Assembly: GCA_964057225.1 (NCBI GenBank)
Contig: OZ059899.1
Location: 9,238,001 to 9,302,000 of the forward strand
DNA length: 64,000 bases
Reading direction: 5' to 3'
From: Auanema rhodensis
Taxonomy: Eukaryota > Animalia > Nematoda
Part shown: piece after piece, positions 61,794 to 64,000 of the stretch
Numbering within the stretch: position 1 is the stretch's first letter
Layout of the letters: each line of letters begins with the position of its first letter
Notes under the pieces: generated by a model
The model's input: the letters and a program-made list of their open reading frames with translations, nothing else
The model's database searches: none
What the model was told of the DNA's origin: nothing
Translations under genes and position numbers: made by a program

Positions 61794-62329
61794 TAACTTT
61801 TTTTTATTTCACTTGTCATTCATAAAAATCGAATTTATTTTTTTCAATGATTTTTTTTTGCAATGTGTCATAAGAATTACACAGTTGAACAAAACGTTTT
61901 TTAAGAAGTTTCTTTGTTGTCAACATATATATTTTCCTGGAATTCGAAAGCATTTGGGATGGAAATTAGAAAAAAAAGAACTAGTTTTTCCTACTTTAAA
62001 AAAAACAATAAGAAATAAAATGAAAAAGATTGTTAGATATCCAATTTAAACTTATACATATACTTCGATAAAGAGCCTATTAGATTGAAATTTTATGTCT
62101 TACAGTTCTCCAACAGAACAGACTGATCCTGATTTCTCTATGATTACATAAAACTCCCGTTTGATATAAAAAAAGGAGAGGAATAACGTTTCCAGGATGT
62201 CAAGGATATCGAATCTAGTGATATTGTAGAGAAATGTAATGTCAGCTTCATAGCTTTTCTCTTAATTTCTCTCATCACAATTGTCTTAGTTTTTTTCTCA
62301 TAAGAGTTTCTGAAATCTCAGTTAAACAA

Positions 62330-62402
62330 GGTCGCGTGGCGCAATGGATAATGCGCCTGCCTACGGAGCAGAAGATTGTAGGTTCGAATCCTGCCGTGGT
62401 CG
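62330..62402 (+). tRNA. tRNA-Arg(ACG), triple variant C3T/C23T/T27C (possible pseudogene)
   Basis: Duplicate of 58879 copy. Confidence 0.75.
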
Positions 62403-62937
62403 TAAATTTTTTTCATTTTACTTGTCATTTACAAAAATCGAATTTATCTTCTTCAACGATTATTTTTGCAATGTGTCATAAAAATTACACAGTTGAACAA
62501 AACGTTTTTTAAGTATTTTCTTTGTTGTCAACATATATATTTTCCTGGAATTCGAAAGCATTTGGGATGGAAATTAGAAAGGAAAGAACTAGTTTTTCCT
62601 ACTTTAAAACAAACAATAAGAAATAAAATGAAAAAGATTGTCAGATATCCAATTTAAACTTATACATTTACTTCGATAAAGAGCCTATTAGATTGAAATT
62701 TTATGTCTTACAGTTCTCCAACAGAACAGACTGATCCTGTTTTTTCTACGATTACATAAAACTCTCGTTTGATATAAAAAAAGGAGAGGAATAACGTTTC
62801 CAGGATGTCAAGGATATCGAATCTAGTGATATTGTAGAGAAATGTAATGTCAGCTTCATAGCTTTTCTCTTGATTTCTCTCATCACAATTGTCTTAGTTT
62901 TTTTCTCATAAGAGTTTCTGAAATCTCAGTTAAACAA

Positions 62938-63010
62938 GGCCGCGTGGCGCAATGGATAACGCGTCTGCCTACGGAGCAGAAGATTGTAGGTTCGAATCCT
63001 GCCGTGGTCG
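62938..63010 (+). tRNA. tRNA-Arg(ACG)
   Basis: Consensus copy. Confidence 0.95.
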
Positions 63011-63955
63011 TAAATTTTTTTCATTTCACTTGTCATTCATAAAAATCGAATTTATTTTTTTCAATGATTTTTTTTTGCAATGTGTCATAAAAATTACACA
63101 GTTGAACAAAACATTTTTTAAGTATTTTCTTTGTTGTCAACATATATATTTTCCTGGAATTCGAAAGCATTTGGGATGGAAATTAGAAAGAAAAAACTAG
63201 TTTTTCCTACTTTAAAACAAACAATAAGAAATAAAATAAAAAGATTGTTAGATATCCAATTTAAACTTATACATTTACTTCGATAAAGAGCCTATTAGAT
63301 TGAAATTTTATGTCTTACAGTTCTCCAACAGAACAGACTGATCCTGATTTTTCTACGATTACATAAAACTCTCGTTTGATATAAAAAAAGGAGAGGAACA
63401 ACGTTTCCAGGATGTCAAGGATATCGAATCTAGTGATATTGTAGAAAAATGTAATGTCAGCTCCATAGGTTTTCTCCTAATTTCTCTCATCACAATTGTC
63501 TTAGTTTTTTTTCTCATAAGAGTTTCTGAAATCTTAGGTGAACAAGGCCGTATATATTTTCCTGGAATTCGAAAGCATTCGGGATGGAAATTAGAAAGAA
63601 AAGAACTAGTTTTTCCTACTTTAAAACAAACAATAAGAATTAAAATGAAAAAGATTGTTAGATATCCAATTTAAACTTATACATTTACTTCGATAAAGAG
63701 CCTATTAGATTGAAATTTTATGTCTTACAGTTCTCCAACAGAACAGACTGATCCTGATTTTTCTACGATTACATAAAACTCTCGTTTGATATAAAAAAAG
63801 GAGAGGAATAACGTTTCCAGGATGTCAAGGATATCGAATCTAGTGATATTGTAGAAAAATGTAATGTCAGCTCCATAGGTTTTCTCCTAATTTCTCTCAT
63901 CACAATTGTCTTAGTTTTTTTTCTCATAAGAGTTTCTGAAATCTTAGTTGAACAA

Positions 63956-64000
63956 GGCCGCGTGGCGCAATGGATAACGCGTCTGCCTACGGAGCAGAAG
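63956..64000 (+). tRNA. tRNA-Arg(ACG), truncated by window end
   Basis: First 45 nt match consensus. Confidence 0.9.

Larger units (their letters stand above)
29161..64000 (+). repeat. tRNA-Arg(ACG) tandem array, right arm (40 complete + 1 truncated tRNA genes), continues beyond window end
   Basis: Same unit; resumes exactly at the duplicated CTCCT; tRNA spacings such as ~610, ~970, ~1020, ~1330, ~1380 bp. Confidence 0.98.

Overview
Eukaryotic, almost certainly nematode, AT-rich DNA. About 54 kb is a head-to-tail tandem array of tRNA-Arg(ACG) genes: 58 complete 73-nt copies plus one cut by the window edge, all on the + strand. The array is built from a ~610-bp unit and deletion derivatives (~560, ~410, ~360 bp; the last two lack the tRNA) arranged in local higher-order repeats. 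It is interrupted once (19391-29160) by a full-length, very recent BEL/Pao (Belpaoviridae) LTR element/endogenous virus. The element has 353/359-bp LTRs that differ only in a (CT)n tract, a 5-bp CTCCT target-site duplication and a tRNA-Gly PBS. Its gag is broken by one in-frame stop and one frameshift, while the PR-RT-RNaseH-IN-env frame is uninterrupted and ends in a phlebovirus Gc-like fusogen. An extra 3' ORF combines a coiled coil, an NES-like motif, a second triple zinc knuckle and an NLS-like tail. That accessory gene (with its own TATA-like box) and a canonical-looking intron inside the LTR are the most interesting signals; together they suggest a complex-retrovirus-like regulatory module (inference). 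The repeated 104-aa ORFs are artefacts of reading through the tRNA gene. All comparisons were made by eye; no database searches were run.
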